DNA of 64,000 bases from Catajapyx aquilonaris (Eukaryota), in the NCBI GenBank assembly GCA_000934665.2, contig KZ538103.1, forward strand, positions 1 to 64,000, read 5' to 3'. Below, piece after piece: positions 12,355-22,123 of the stretch. Within the stretch, counting starts at the first letter, position 1, and each line of letters starts with the position of its first letter. The position numbers were made by a program, and so were the translations under genes. The notes beneath the pieces are model-generated. The model ran no database searches, had not been told where the DNA came from, and saw nothing but the letters and a program-made list of their open reading frames with translations.

Positions 12355-13799
12355 GCTGGGCTTGACACTCTAACCTGAAAGAAGAGATTTTGTCATTTGC
12401 CCTGGTTGTACTGTCACGTAGGCTGAATTGTCATCTACTGTGAACATGCATTTATTGTTGTTGTGATAATTGTTGCATGCCATTTATAACAAGATAAAAC
12501 TGTGGTAGATTTTCCTCCAGAGCTGTAAACAAGGCCTGTAAAGGGCATTCTTCTCATTTTCACTGAAATTTCACGATAAAGAAGTGCAGTCCCTGACTTT
12601 AAGGAACATCAGTGTGTTTCTTCTACATATTTTATGCAGCATGACCTCCTGATTATGGTGAGGGTATTAGGATTTACATACACAAATTTATTAATGTGTA
12701 GCTTTCTAAGCAGGATGAAATGTGATGTGCAGGGCATGTTATTATTTGCAGAGCTGTGAAACTGGAAAAGCCACAACCAACAGATGAATATTTTATGAAT
12801 TATTAAAACACTCTGATAGTGTACCTTACCAAAAAATATTGAAAATTGATATAATTCTGAAATATGTGGCATATTATTTTACTGTTGTTTCCATCGTGTG
12901 TAAATGAAGTGAATTGTGATTCGTGAGTTGCAAAAATTCCCAATTCTAATTTTTCAAGGCTTCTTAAAATTCCGGAAAAGGTGCCATTTTCTCATACGCT
13001 GCTGGACACAATCTGCAACAAAGTACTGTGAATGGCTGTTGAATTTTTGCACAGATTTTGCCACCTAATGTGACAATCTTGATCTTCACACATCATGGTA
13101 CCAGAGGTGTCTGCATTAGCCATTTCTAATACTTATCAATCCACAATGCCATGCACTACAGTAGTAATGAAGGTAAGGTATGTACCACTTTTCCAAGATC
13201 CACACTACAACTGCCTCATAAATGGTTGAGATTGTTTCATCCACGGTTTCATCCACTCTGCAGCTATGCATTACTTTTGAAATGACCCTCATATTTTGTC
13301 AGTTAAATTGAGGGGTACCGGGTTGAGATCACAGGAAAAAGACTTCCGATGCAAATGTCATGTTGCCTATGCCGTGTTTAACCACCCAATTACAAAGTCA
13401 CAATGATGAATTGAAAATTAGAGTAGCCTGGTTTAGAACCTGCAGATAACGACATCCTGATTTTGCTGCAGCCAGGCTGATAATGCAGCTCAATACCAAA
13501 GGCACAACAAAACACTAATTAGCAGCTGTGACACATAATGTAAGTCATTGGGAGAGTAATAATTAAAAGTCATCATTTATCACTGACAACATTCAATGTC
13601 ATCTTTACGTCTCCTGTGTATTTCCATATAACAAAATCATTTATCCTTTAACCACAGCACCCGTCATTTTCAAATATAATTTTCTTCGTTCACACACTTA
13701 TTGCCAAAGAAACGGACATGCATCCACATCCAGTGCTCAAAACTACATCGACCTTGAGAACACCTGGATAAAGGTTTGACATGTCACTGTCTTATGCTA

Positions 13800-14426
13800 G
13801 ACACATGCCACGCCAGGTCAGGCTGATCGCACCAGTCCTCCCCAACATATTTAGTGAGTAGTGATTCAATAACTGCACTTGGTTAGTTGTAGTTCTTTCG
13901 ATCTTCTTGGAGAGTCTCATTGGAGCATGCATCAGTTCTTGAGTTATTGAAAGCAAAATTGAAGTGAGATTTGCAAATTTGTTTGTACTTGACTAAACCT
14001 GGGTTTTCCTTGTCAAACATGCACCACAGATTGTGGAAGCTTCGCAATTCTGCAGGGGGGTAACGCCTGCCCACCTTCCAACAGCTGTAGTAGCTCTCCC
14101 TTGCCTTCAGCATTCCTTTTGTCAATAAAAGCTGTTGTCTTACGATCGCCACCCCTACCTTCGGATGGTGCTTCGTCATGATGCACAACATGCTTGACAA
14201 CTCGAGCTAACTGGCACTTTCTGACACTGAGAATTCCAACAAAGGCCAGTTTACACACCTGGACAATTTCCCCTGACTTCTTTCTAATGTGATACTTTGG
14301 TTCAAGGAATCTCTTCTTCAACACACTCTTGGTAAAATTGCCTGATTCAAGGCTGACCAGCAGGATGGCTGGGTGGTATTGTGCTGGATTGCTCCTATTA
14401 TCCCATGTAACCTGGTTTTTATGCAA
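13800..14426 (-). mobile_element. Degenerate, frameshifted and internally deleted DNA transposase fragment (Sola-like)
   Basis: Two overlapping frames give VCKLAFVGILSV...EGRGGDRK, then ESYYS...RRY..AELRS...HFNFAFNNSRTDACS, a motif order recalled from Sola-type transposases. LLTKYVGEDW lies just downstream. Family assignment is from memory, not from a search. Confidence 0.6.
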
Positions 14427-14639
14427 CCAAAACTTCTAAGCCAGCCTGATTTTGTTCTGTCCACACAATTTCAGATTATTATTATTATTATTATTATCAT
14501 CATTTTTTGCATGGCAGAGGCTGATATTTAAAATATATGGAACGATGGTACAGTATTTAGCATGGACGAACTAATGCTGGCAAATGGTCCAATATTTTCT
14601 AATCAGTGTGAATTATGAGCTTGTGATTTCAGTGGAAAC

Positions 14640-14880
14640 TTTTCTTGGAAGATTGTCTTATCGTCACAGCCTAAGGTTTCGAGTTCAATCCCCATTTCGG
14701 ATGGTGCATTTTCTCAAGTGACACGACTTTCAATGGGTTCTCTCCATATTTGCATGAGTTTTTGTCAGGGTGCTCCTATTTCCTCCCACCATCAAAGCCC
14801 ATCATCAATTAAGATGGAGGAATAAAGTTGGGAATTAACGAGGATCCCTATGAGACCACAAGCCTATCACAATATAACCG

Positions 14881-14927
<47 letters not shown>
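14640..14927 (+). mobile_element. tRNA-derived SINE with V-domain-like core and (ATT)n tail
   Basis: B-box-like GAGTTCAATCCC at 14681; core gttctctccatatttgcatgagtttttgtcagggtgctcctatttcctcccac resembles the V-SINE central domain; (ATT)n tail at 14881-14927. 5' boundary is approximate. Confidence 0.65.
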
Positions 14928-15171
14928 TGTTAAGTCTCTCCTGCAGCATGACTTGTCACCATATCCTTAACCAGGTGACAATAAAAATTGCCTTTACATA
15001 CATCCTTTTACCTACACCATTATTATCAGGCTGACTTATCCCTGCATGGCCAAATCATTGTTGCTCCCAAAAAAAGGCGTTTTACTCAAATCCTATACAT
15101 ATTCATCTGAATGAGTTCTCATCAGGTTGCTAATCAATGCCTCTTATCCTGAAAATGACTTGTTACATAAT

Positions 15172-15630
15172 TCACATGAGAACACAAATGGACGCTGCTG
15201 CAATCGCTAGCATTGTGTCTTCTTCATCATCATCGTCATCTTCATCATCATGGGCTTGAAATATTCTACGAGAGGCATTTCTTTTGAATGGCTTACTTTC
15301 AGAATGGTGATTTCTCTTGTGCCTTGCCACACTCCCGCGTGACTTATACTCTCTTTGGCACAAATCACATGAGAATTTCTTCCCACTGGCTTCAGTGCAG
15401 GTGGGCGGTCCTAAAAGTTGATCTTCCCCACCTTCAGCATCCTGCTTCACACGAACCATTTCCTTCTCTTCCTGCCCTCGTTGCACGGCCTCCTCCTTCA
15501 TCCTCTCGACAGTCACCTCTTCTTCCATCAAGGATGGTGCCTCCTGCTTCAGTTGTACCTGCCAAGTATCCTCAGTGGTGATGCCACAATCTTCTTCCTC
15601 CAGCTCTTGCTTCTCTGCGTAACCTGGCAT
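15172..15630 (-). CDS. Truncated C2H2 zinc-finger paralogue (1 intact finger), 152 aa; possibly a pseudogene
   Basis: N-terminus closely paralogous to the 16065 gene; one finger CDLCQREYKSRGSVARHKRNHH; the second finger has lost both Cys. Confidence 0.65.
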   Translation of the reverse strand: MPGYAEKQELEEEDCGITTEDTWQVQLKQEAPSLMEEEVTVERMKEEAVQRGQEEKEMVRVKQDAEGGEDQLLGPPTCTEASGKKFSCDLCQREYKSRGSVARHKRNHHSESKPFKRNASRRIFQAHDDEDDDDDEEDTMLAIAAASICVLM

Positions 15631-16064
15631 AGCGAAGGTGACTCGATGTCAAAATAACAGACAACTACACAAGAACATGTGCAAATTCAATAGGTTTTAA
15701 TGTAATTCCAAAATAAAAATACTACCTTGGCTGCCAATTGTCTTACTAATACTCATACCTACTTACTATTACTACTACATACTTACTAATACTATATTCA
15801 TTAGATATTACGAATATCTAATGAGGCAAGATTATCGCAGTTTAAGAACTTCCCGACTCCATTTACAGTTTATTAGTTAGCAACACTAACTAAGTAACAC
15901 TTAAACAGCTTCCCATGAGCACAGTTTAACCTTATGTTTCTGCACAAATCACACAAGTTTGGTGACATTTGTAGTTGAAATCATCCTCAAATTGCACATT
16001 AATTAATTATCGTTGCCACTGTTCGTATAGGGGATGAATTTCAGAAGGATTCACACTGACATGG

Positions 16065-17105
16065 CTACTTGCTAGGATGATTATTTAAATGATAATGTAA
16101 ATCAGATTGTGCCAAAGCACCACGAAACACTTTGTTGCACAATTTACACTTGAGGAATCCCTGACGTTTGTGCTGATAAACCTTGTGCACGTTCAGTTCA
16201 GATTTTGTTGTAAACTTCTCTCTGCAAAACTCGCACCTTACATTTCTTTCCAGTGAATGAACCGTATACTTGTGTCTAACCAGGAAATGATGATAAAAGA
16301 ATTTCCTTTCACACATATTACAACCAAATGGCTTTGCACGTGGATGACTCTCACGATTGTGAATTGTCAACTCAAGGCTCATGCAAAAAAGTCTCTGGCA
16401 AAATTTGCAAGTGAATGTCACTTTCACACCATGCTCTATCTCCATGTGCTCCTGAGCATCGTGGTGAAACAAGAAGGTACCTTCACACACATTGCAGGTA
16501 AAGTTCATCACCAGAAAATGTCTTTTCTTCTCATGTCTAACCAAAGCATCCTTGCAGAAGAAAGATCTGACGCAAAAGTCACATGCGTATGACTCCATAC
16601 GGGTATGAACAGTCTTCAGGTGGCTAACCAGCTCCTCACACCCTGCAAACGACTTGCTACAAAATTCGCATGAAAATGGATTGGCTTTGGTACGACAACC
16701 CTGTTTGTGTTTTATGAGATGTCGTTGCGCCTGAAAAGATTTGTGGCAGGCATCGCATGAGAGCGGTTTACATTCAGGGTGTTTCTTTCTCATGTGCCTT
16801 GCCATGCTAACAGGTGACTTACACACACTTTGGCAAAAACCACACTGGTACTTCTCCCCACCGGCTTCCAGTCCTTGAAGCGGATCTTCCCCGTCATCCG
16901 CCTCCTGCTTCACATGCACCATTTCCTCCTCTTCCTGCCTGTCCTGCACGGCCTCCTCCATCACCCTCTGTATGTCCACCTCTTCTTCCATCAGGGACGG
17001 ATCCTCCTGCTTCATCTGGATGAGCCAAGTCTCCTCGATGGTGATGCCACCACCATCTTCCTCTTCCTCCGGCTCTTCCTTCACTCTCACCCCAGGCGCC
17101 ATCAT
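16065..17105 (-). CDS. C2H2 zinc-finger protein, about 9 fingers, about 346 aa (likely start MMAPG at 17105, after the acceptor at 17108)
   Basis: Continuous ORF with an acidic VKEE/MKQE/VKQE N-terminus and nine CxxC...H fingers (one C2HC, the last atypical). Confidence 0.9.
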   Translation of the reverse strand: MMAPGVRVKEEPEEEEDGGGITIEETWLIQMKQEDPSLMEEEVDIQRVMEEAVQDRQEEEEMVHVKQEADDGEDPLQGLEAGGEKYQCGFCQSVCKSPVSMARHMRKKHPECKPLSCDACHKSFQAQRHLIKHKQGCRTKANPFSCEFCSKSFAGCEELVSHLKTVHTRMESYACDFCVRSFFCKDALVRHEKKRHFLVMNFTCNVCEGTFLFHHDAQEHMEIEHGVKVTFTCKFCQRLFCMSLELTIHNRESHPRAKPFGCNMCERKFFYHHFLVRHKYTVHSLERNVRCEFCREKFTTKSELNVHKVYQHKRQGFLKCKLCNKVFRGALAQSDLHYHLNNHPSK

Positions 17106-17358
17106 TCCTGCAACAGCAGCATTGTTATGCAGCATCACCTCTACCTCTGCCTGATATGATCCTTCCAGTACAACCCTGCACCCACCTGATAATAACTTGT
17201 GTTGATGTAAACCAATGGTCAGATCTTCAGCCTTATTGATAGCCTTCACCAGATGAGATCCAAAGATGCTCCAACAGGAGCTACAGACTCATGTTGAAGA
17301 GGAATGAAAACCGTTGTCGTCTCCAACTCCAAGGGCGCATTCGGACCGATGCTTGTTC

Positions 17359-17372
17359 CCACCAGATGGCGG
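17359..17372 (+). promoter_or_regulatory. CTCF-consensus motif upstream of the 16065 ZF gene
   Basis: CCACCAGATGGCGG is a full match to CCASYAGRKGGCRS. Confidence 0.5.
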
Positions 17373-18389
17373 GGGTTGTCACTTTCGGCGCCAAAATTCA
17401 GCTTAATTTGAAATGGCACTTTCAGGGTACCGGCGGTACTGTGCAGTACTCTTCCTCTTGTTTGCCAGACAAGAATGCTGTGTTTGTATGGAATAATGTC
17501 AAGTAGGCCGGCACACAATTTAAATTGGGTACTTGCAAGGTACTTGGTATTAGTCTGACACCCAGGGTGGTCTGTACAAGCCGACAAACCACAGTGTGGT
17601 TGTTGAATTTGTTCATTCTGAATGGCAACAAAAATACAATGATCAAACTAGTGAGGTCTTTCTGCAAAACACGACTGGTTGAATTATAAGTGCTGAAATA
17701 GACAAAATTATTCTAAAATAGTCAGTGAGAACCATGCTAATTTTAAATACAAACCATTTATTATATAGGCATAATTATGCAAGTACTTAGGACACTAACT
17801 AGACTTATATAGTTACAAATTTTTAAAAAGTTCGGATTTGTTGCACAAAATGTTACATGCAAAGTGCTCTTTGCATTTCTGCAAATGAAAGACCAATACA
17901 GTAAAAATCGCCAGTGTGCCAAAGCAACATTGAACAGATTTTCCAACATGAAGTTCTTGTCATAGGTAAGGCTCCAACTCAGTCATGTTTCAAAGTTACC
18001 GTACATCCTAATGCAAACGCAGCAAGTTTCCATCATAAATAAATGTACACTTCATAAAATACGTGCTTCATAAAATACGTGCTTCATAAAATGCTTCATC
18101 AAACAAGAGATTAGGGATGGATAGATAGGTTTTCATTGCATTCACGGTCCGATAAAAACGGGGGTTCATACTATGCATACTAATTTTGCAACACTATGTT
18201 TGGCTGAGTATAGCCCTTGATACTGATGCGCCATAAAAATCTCAATCAATAACCACCAAACCTTAAAGAAAATTATGCCCATGCCCCTGTTCAGCTAGAG
18301 GGAGCAGGTGTCGCAACCCGTGATCAAAAGAGAAGCAACCCACCATAAGCGCCATCCAAGCAGTACTTGCATACAAGAATGCCATGAAA

Positions 18390-18734
18390 ATTTCAGCCCC
18401 CCATGCATTTGCTCAGCAAATGTCATTAAAGATCTCGTCCAGAAATTGATATGAGAAATCCTCATCCCACTACGGTACGGACCTGTCACCCTGTGGAATT
18501 CATGTTTTTGGTGAACTGAATAAACCTTTCTGAGGATGCTGATTACAAATGGACAATGAAGTGAAGGATAAAATTCGGAACAACCCAAGGGCTTTCTATG
18601 AGAAAGAAATTCGATGTCTAGTGTCTCAATTGGATAAATGTACAAATCATCATGGGCAATACTTTTGAATAAATGGTAAAAAGTAACCTTCCTGTAGCCT
18701 TCAGCTCGTTATTTATTGACTGATCCTCATCGTA
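18390..18734 (+). mobile_element. Degenerate mariner transposase 3' fragment with right-end remnant
   Basis: Translation across stops and frameshifts: ANVIKDLVQKLI*EIL / HP.Y.TDLSPCGIHVFGEL / DNEVKD...FYEKEIRCLVSQLDKCTNHHGQYF*. This matches the mariner HPPYSPDLxPxDFHxF and WDKCxxxxGxYF C-terminus. Terminal ...TTGACTGATCCTCATCGTA. Confidence 0.8.
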
Positions 18735-19489
18735 GGTTGCTTCCTTTTCCATAATGTGATGCATCACCTGCTCCTTCAAGCTACACATGTACATGTGCAT
18801 AATTTTCGTTAGGGTTTGGAGGTTATCACTGCCAATCAGCATTATTGTCTGTCCCATAGGTATTCACAATAAATTTGGCTTGTTTGTTATTGACTGTACC
18901 TAACTTGCATTAAGCCTGGAATGAAATAAAAACTTTCCAATAAACTGGTAGTTAACTGGGCAGGATGAGGCGAAATATCTCGGATGCACAGGAAAAAGAG
19001 CATAAGTCAAAAAAGTTAATTTGTCAGGAGAGCAGATTATGTTAAATACTGGACTTCTTGTAAAGATGACATACCCCTCCTCGCACATTTTTTTTTCCTA
19101 GCCTGGTTTTAGGGCTTGACATGCAGCCTTCTGGCAGAACCAAGAGGGACTCCTTGTGACCATAACTGGCATAACAGGACACATAACTCAATTTGTACAT
19201 TTTCTGACTTATGCTCTTTTTCCCGCGCATCCAAGATATTACTGACCAACATAATCATACTACTACTACTACTGAAAGGAAGACTAAAAATTGATCAGAG
19301 CAGCCCAATATTTGACTAATGTTGATAGGCCTTGGATGAGTTTTACAACTGTTGGTGGGATGGCCTCCAATACTGTGACTCGACACAACAATCTTCAATG
19401 AGTACATACCAGTATCTCTTATTACGACAAGGACTTCCTGTAAGATGCGTACAATTAAAAAAAATAAAATGCAATACTTATGAGTTTGC

Positions 19490-20716
19490 CTAATGCAAAT
19501 AATTTTGGCATGCCATGAGTCCATTTTTGAAATATGTCTTCATGTGGCAACCTAAATCATAACTTGTGGAAAACATTTTGTGACAAAATTTGCATTTAGA
19601 CACTTTCTTATTAACATGAGTACTCTTCATGTGGCGACCTAAATCGTCACTTGTGGAAAACATTTTTTGACAAAATTTGCATTTAGGCACTTTATCATTA
19701 ACATGAGCACTCTTCTGGTGCCGAGCCAAGAGCTGATTAGTAAGAAATCTTTCTTGGCAAATGTCACACTGAAACTGCTTGCTCTGCTTGGTCAGCTTGT
19801 GTCCAGTTTGACGTCTCACATGATCAAACAACATGTAGCGGGTGGCAAATGTCACTTGGCATGTACCGCAAGTGAATGGCTTGTCCATGCGTGCTTGTTC
19901 ATGCATCAGTATATGCTTAAGGAGACCGTCACTTTCAAACGAGTTGTTGCTTGGCTCATAAGTATTATCTTTAGGTTTGGTAGAATGGACACGCTTCAAG
20001 TGCTTAGCTACGTCTGAACGAGTCTGAAATACTTCATCACAATACTTGCATTTCAATCGCGTATCAACAGGCGCGTGAATGATTTTCATGTGAGTAAGTA
20101 ACTCACCGCTGGTGTCAAAATCCTTGGAGCAAAATGCACATGAGAATGGCTTTGCAACAGTATGAAACCTCTTCTTGTGCTTAAGCAAGTAACAATTTTT
20201 TTTAAATTCCTTAAAACAAATATTGCATATGACTGGTTCATTCTCCCTATTCTTTCTCACTTTGTGTCTTGTAGAGCTAGGATGTGCAACAAGCTCATGT
20301 GCAACGAGTGGCCTGTGTTCAAAGAGTGGATCATCGGCAATGAGTGGATCGTCGGCAATGAGTGGCTTGTGTTCAAGGAGTGGATCGTCAGCAATGAGTG
20401 GATCGTGTTCAATTAGTGGAGTATGTCCAAAATCCTCTTCAGCATGAACACTAGCGTTTGGCACTATGAAGTGATCATACGATTGAGAAGGTCCCTTCAC
20501 TAGGTCTTCTAGAAGTGCACCTTCTTCCTCCTCCTCCACGTCGACCTTCTCCACCTTCAGCATTCTCTCCTGGCTCACCTCCTTCTGCAGGTCCCCCAGC
20601 ACCTCTTCGAAATTCACCTCATCAAATAAATCCGGGCTCTCCTGCTTTATAAAAACCTTCCAGGACTCCTCTGTGGTCACATCCTCCTCGTCAACCTCCT
20701 GCTTCACGATACCCAT
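19490..20716 (-). CDS. C2H2 zinc-finger protein, 408 aa (about 6 intact and 2 degenerate fingers)
   Basis: ATG-initiated ORF; acidic VKQE/IKQE N-terminus; PLI[AE][DH]D hexapeptide repeats; C2H2 fingers. Probable 5'-UTR intron at about 20742-20799. Confidence 0.9.
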   Translation of the reverse strand: MGIVKQEVDEEDVTTEESWKVFIKQESPDLFDEVNFEEVLGDLQKEVSQERMLKVEKVDVEEEEEGALLEDLVKGPSQSYDHFIVPNASVHAEEDFGHTPLIEHDPLIADDPLLEHKPLIADDPLIADDPLFEHRPLVAHELVAHPSSTRHKVRKNRENEPVICNICFKEFKKNCYLLKHKKRFHTVAKPFSCAFCSKDFDTSGELLTHMKIIHAPVDTRLKCKYCDEVFQTRSDVAKHLKRVHSTKPKDNTYEPSNNSFESDGLLKHILMHEQARMDKPFTCGTCQVTFATRYMLFDHVRRQTGHKLTKQSKQFQCDICQERFLTNQLLARHQKSAHVNDKVPKCKFCQKMFSTSDDLGRHMKSTHVNKKVSKCKFCHKMFSTSYDLGCHMKTYFKNGLMACQNYLH

Positions 20717-20986
20717 CGTGCTAAAACATGAAAGGTGGCACCTGTAAAGTGGAGTTCAATACGCCAGCAGCCCTCTGTGCGTATTCTTTCTTTCATTACC
20801 TGGCCAGCCTGCGCCCTTGTGGTTCTTCTCCTTGCCCGTCCATCGCGAGGCCGGACCTCCAGGGCCCTCCTTCCACGCAGTTCATCAGCCTGGCCACAAA
20901 AGGGATGAAAAATGTCAGCAAATGGCTGCCATCTTGGTTGCTTAGGGAGGGTCGCATTCGGGTGGACGTCTTCGGGGGTCGACAGT

Positions 20987-21001
20987 ATAGCCATCTAGTG
21001 A
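20987..21001 (-). promoter_or_regulatory. CTCF-like motif at the promoter of the last ZF gene, at the edge of the gene desert
   Basis: Minus strand TCACTAGATGGCTAT, with core CACTAGATGGC. Confidence 0.35.
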
Positions 21002-21816
21002 GACCTGGAGTTTATTCCCGAAGTCGTTTATTCCCGGAGTCGTTTATTCCCGACAGATGGCAGAACCATGCGGGAACAACGGGGAATCAACATGCCATGA
21101 AGTTTCACCAATGTTGGACAGATGGCACGCACAACCTTCTTGTCACATTATTAGGAATTAAATACTGTATACGGAAAAATGTCGCGGACGTCATCGTCCG
21201 AAGTTTAATATTTAAATCCTAATTTAAGTCGGCTCTCAACCTCCCACTGAAATCCACAAAGATGGAATGTTGTCATACGCACAGTACCGTGCACACACTG
21301 CATTATTAATTTAACATGGTCGTAATGTATACATTACTTTGTCCAGCAGTAATGGTAGCATGCACTGGATGAGTCACTAGTTTGAGCAATAATGCAGGGG
21401 GGTTTTGAGCGATATGTGGCAAAAGGGCAACCCTTCTCCCCCTTCATTTTTATTATACGAGACTGCATCGGTTCCGCTCCCTGCCTGGTGAAGGGGTTAA
21501 ATTAAAATCTATCGATTGGTTAACGCACAAAGATACCGGACGAGCACCACTAGTAGCCCCCCACACACGTGATGTGTTCTGCCTGTCTGCTTCCTCATTT
21601 GCAGGCCGACACCACGTTATTAGTTGCACTTTGATCACCCGAACATGCACCAGAAAACTCACTTCTCGTCCACCAACCATTTTAACTCTCACAGTCTCAC
21701 TTACGTATATGCTTAAACGAAGATTTGGGTTTGCCCCCAAATCAAAGCTATAATCAATCGGTTACTGGCTGAATCAGCCAAATAATCGTGTTTCTTGATC
21801 CGTCTCACTTATGCTT

Positions 21817-22123
21817 TTATTTATTTATTTTTTATTTGCATTACCCCATTGGGATTTACCATATCCTTGAGGGGGGGGGGGTGGATTACCACCATCGGAA
21901 ATTGGAGCCGTATAAGAAGATCTTAATTAATTACTCCAGGGTAGGTAGGAGGGGATGTGCAAAGTGCAAGTGCAATGTCTCTAATCGTCATTTTGTGAGC
22001 TCCCCCGGGTGGCTTAGTCTGTCGGAAATTTCCACCCGAAATGAAGCCAGAGATGGCCCAACTCTGCACGGATAAAGGTGGGAACCCCGGGTGGGGATCG
22101 AACCGCAGCGCCACTTCACCTCC
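21817..22123 (-). mobile_element. tRNA-derived SINE insertion with 17-bp target-site duplication
   Basis: Direct repeat CCGTCTCACTTATGCTT at 21800-21816 and 22124-22140; A-rich (AAAT)n tail on the minus strand at about 21817-21837; head contains TGGCGCTGCGGTTCGATCCC (A-box/B-box-like). Confidence 0.8.

Noticed and set aside
13300..13480. Possible additional degenerate SINE
   Set aside because: Only a weak B-box-like match; no tail or TSD identified.
14828..15034. Poly-Leu ORF resembling a signal peptide
   Set aside because: Translation of the SINE (ATT)n tail.
17106..17249. N-terminal extension of the 394-aa ZF ORF
   Set aside because: Starts at GTG and lies upstream of a splice acceptor at 17108; probably intronic.
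21006..21095. Three GTTTATTCCCG direct repeats (CRISPR- or iteron-like)
   Set aside because: Eukaryotic context, spacers of only about 5 nt, no cas genes; more likely subterminal repeats of a tiny transposon relic.
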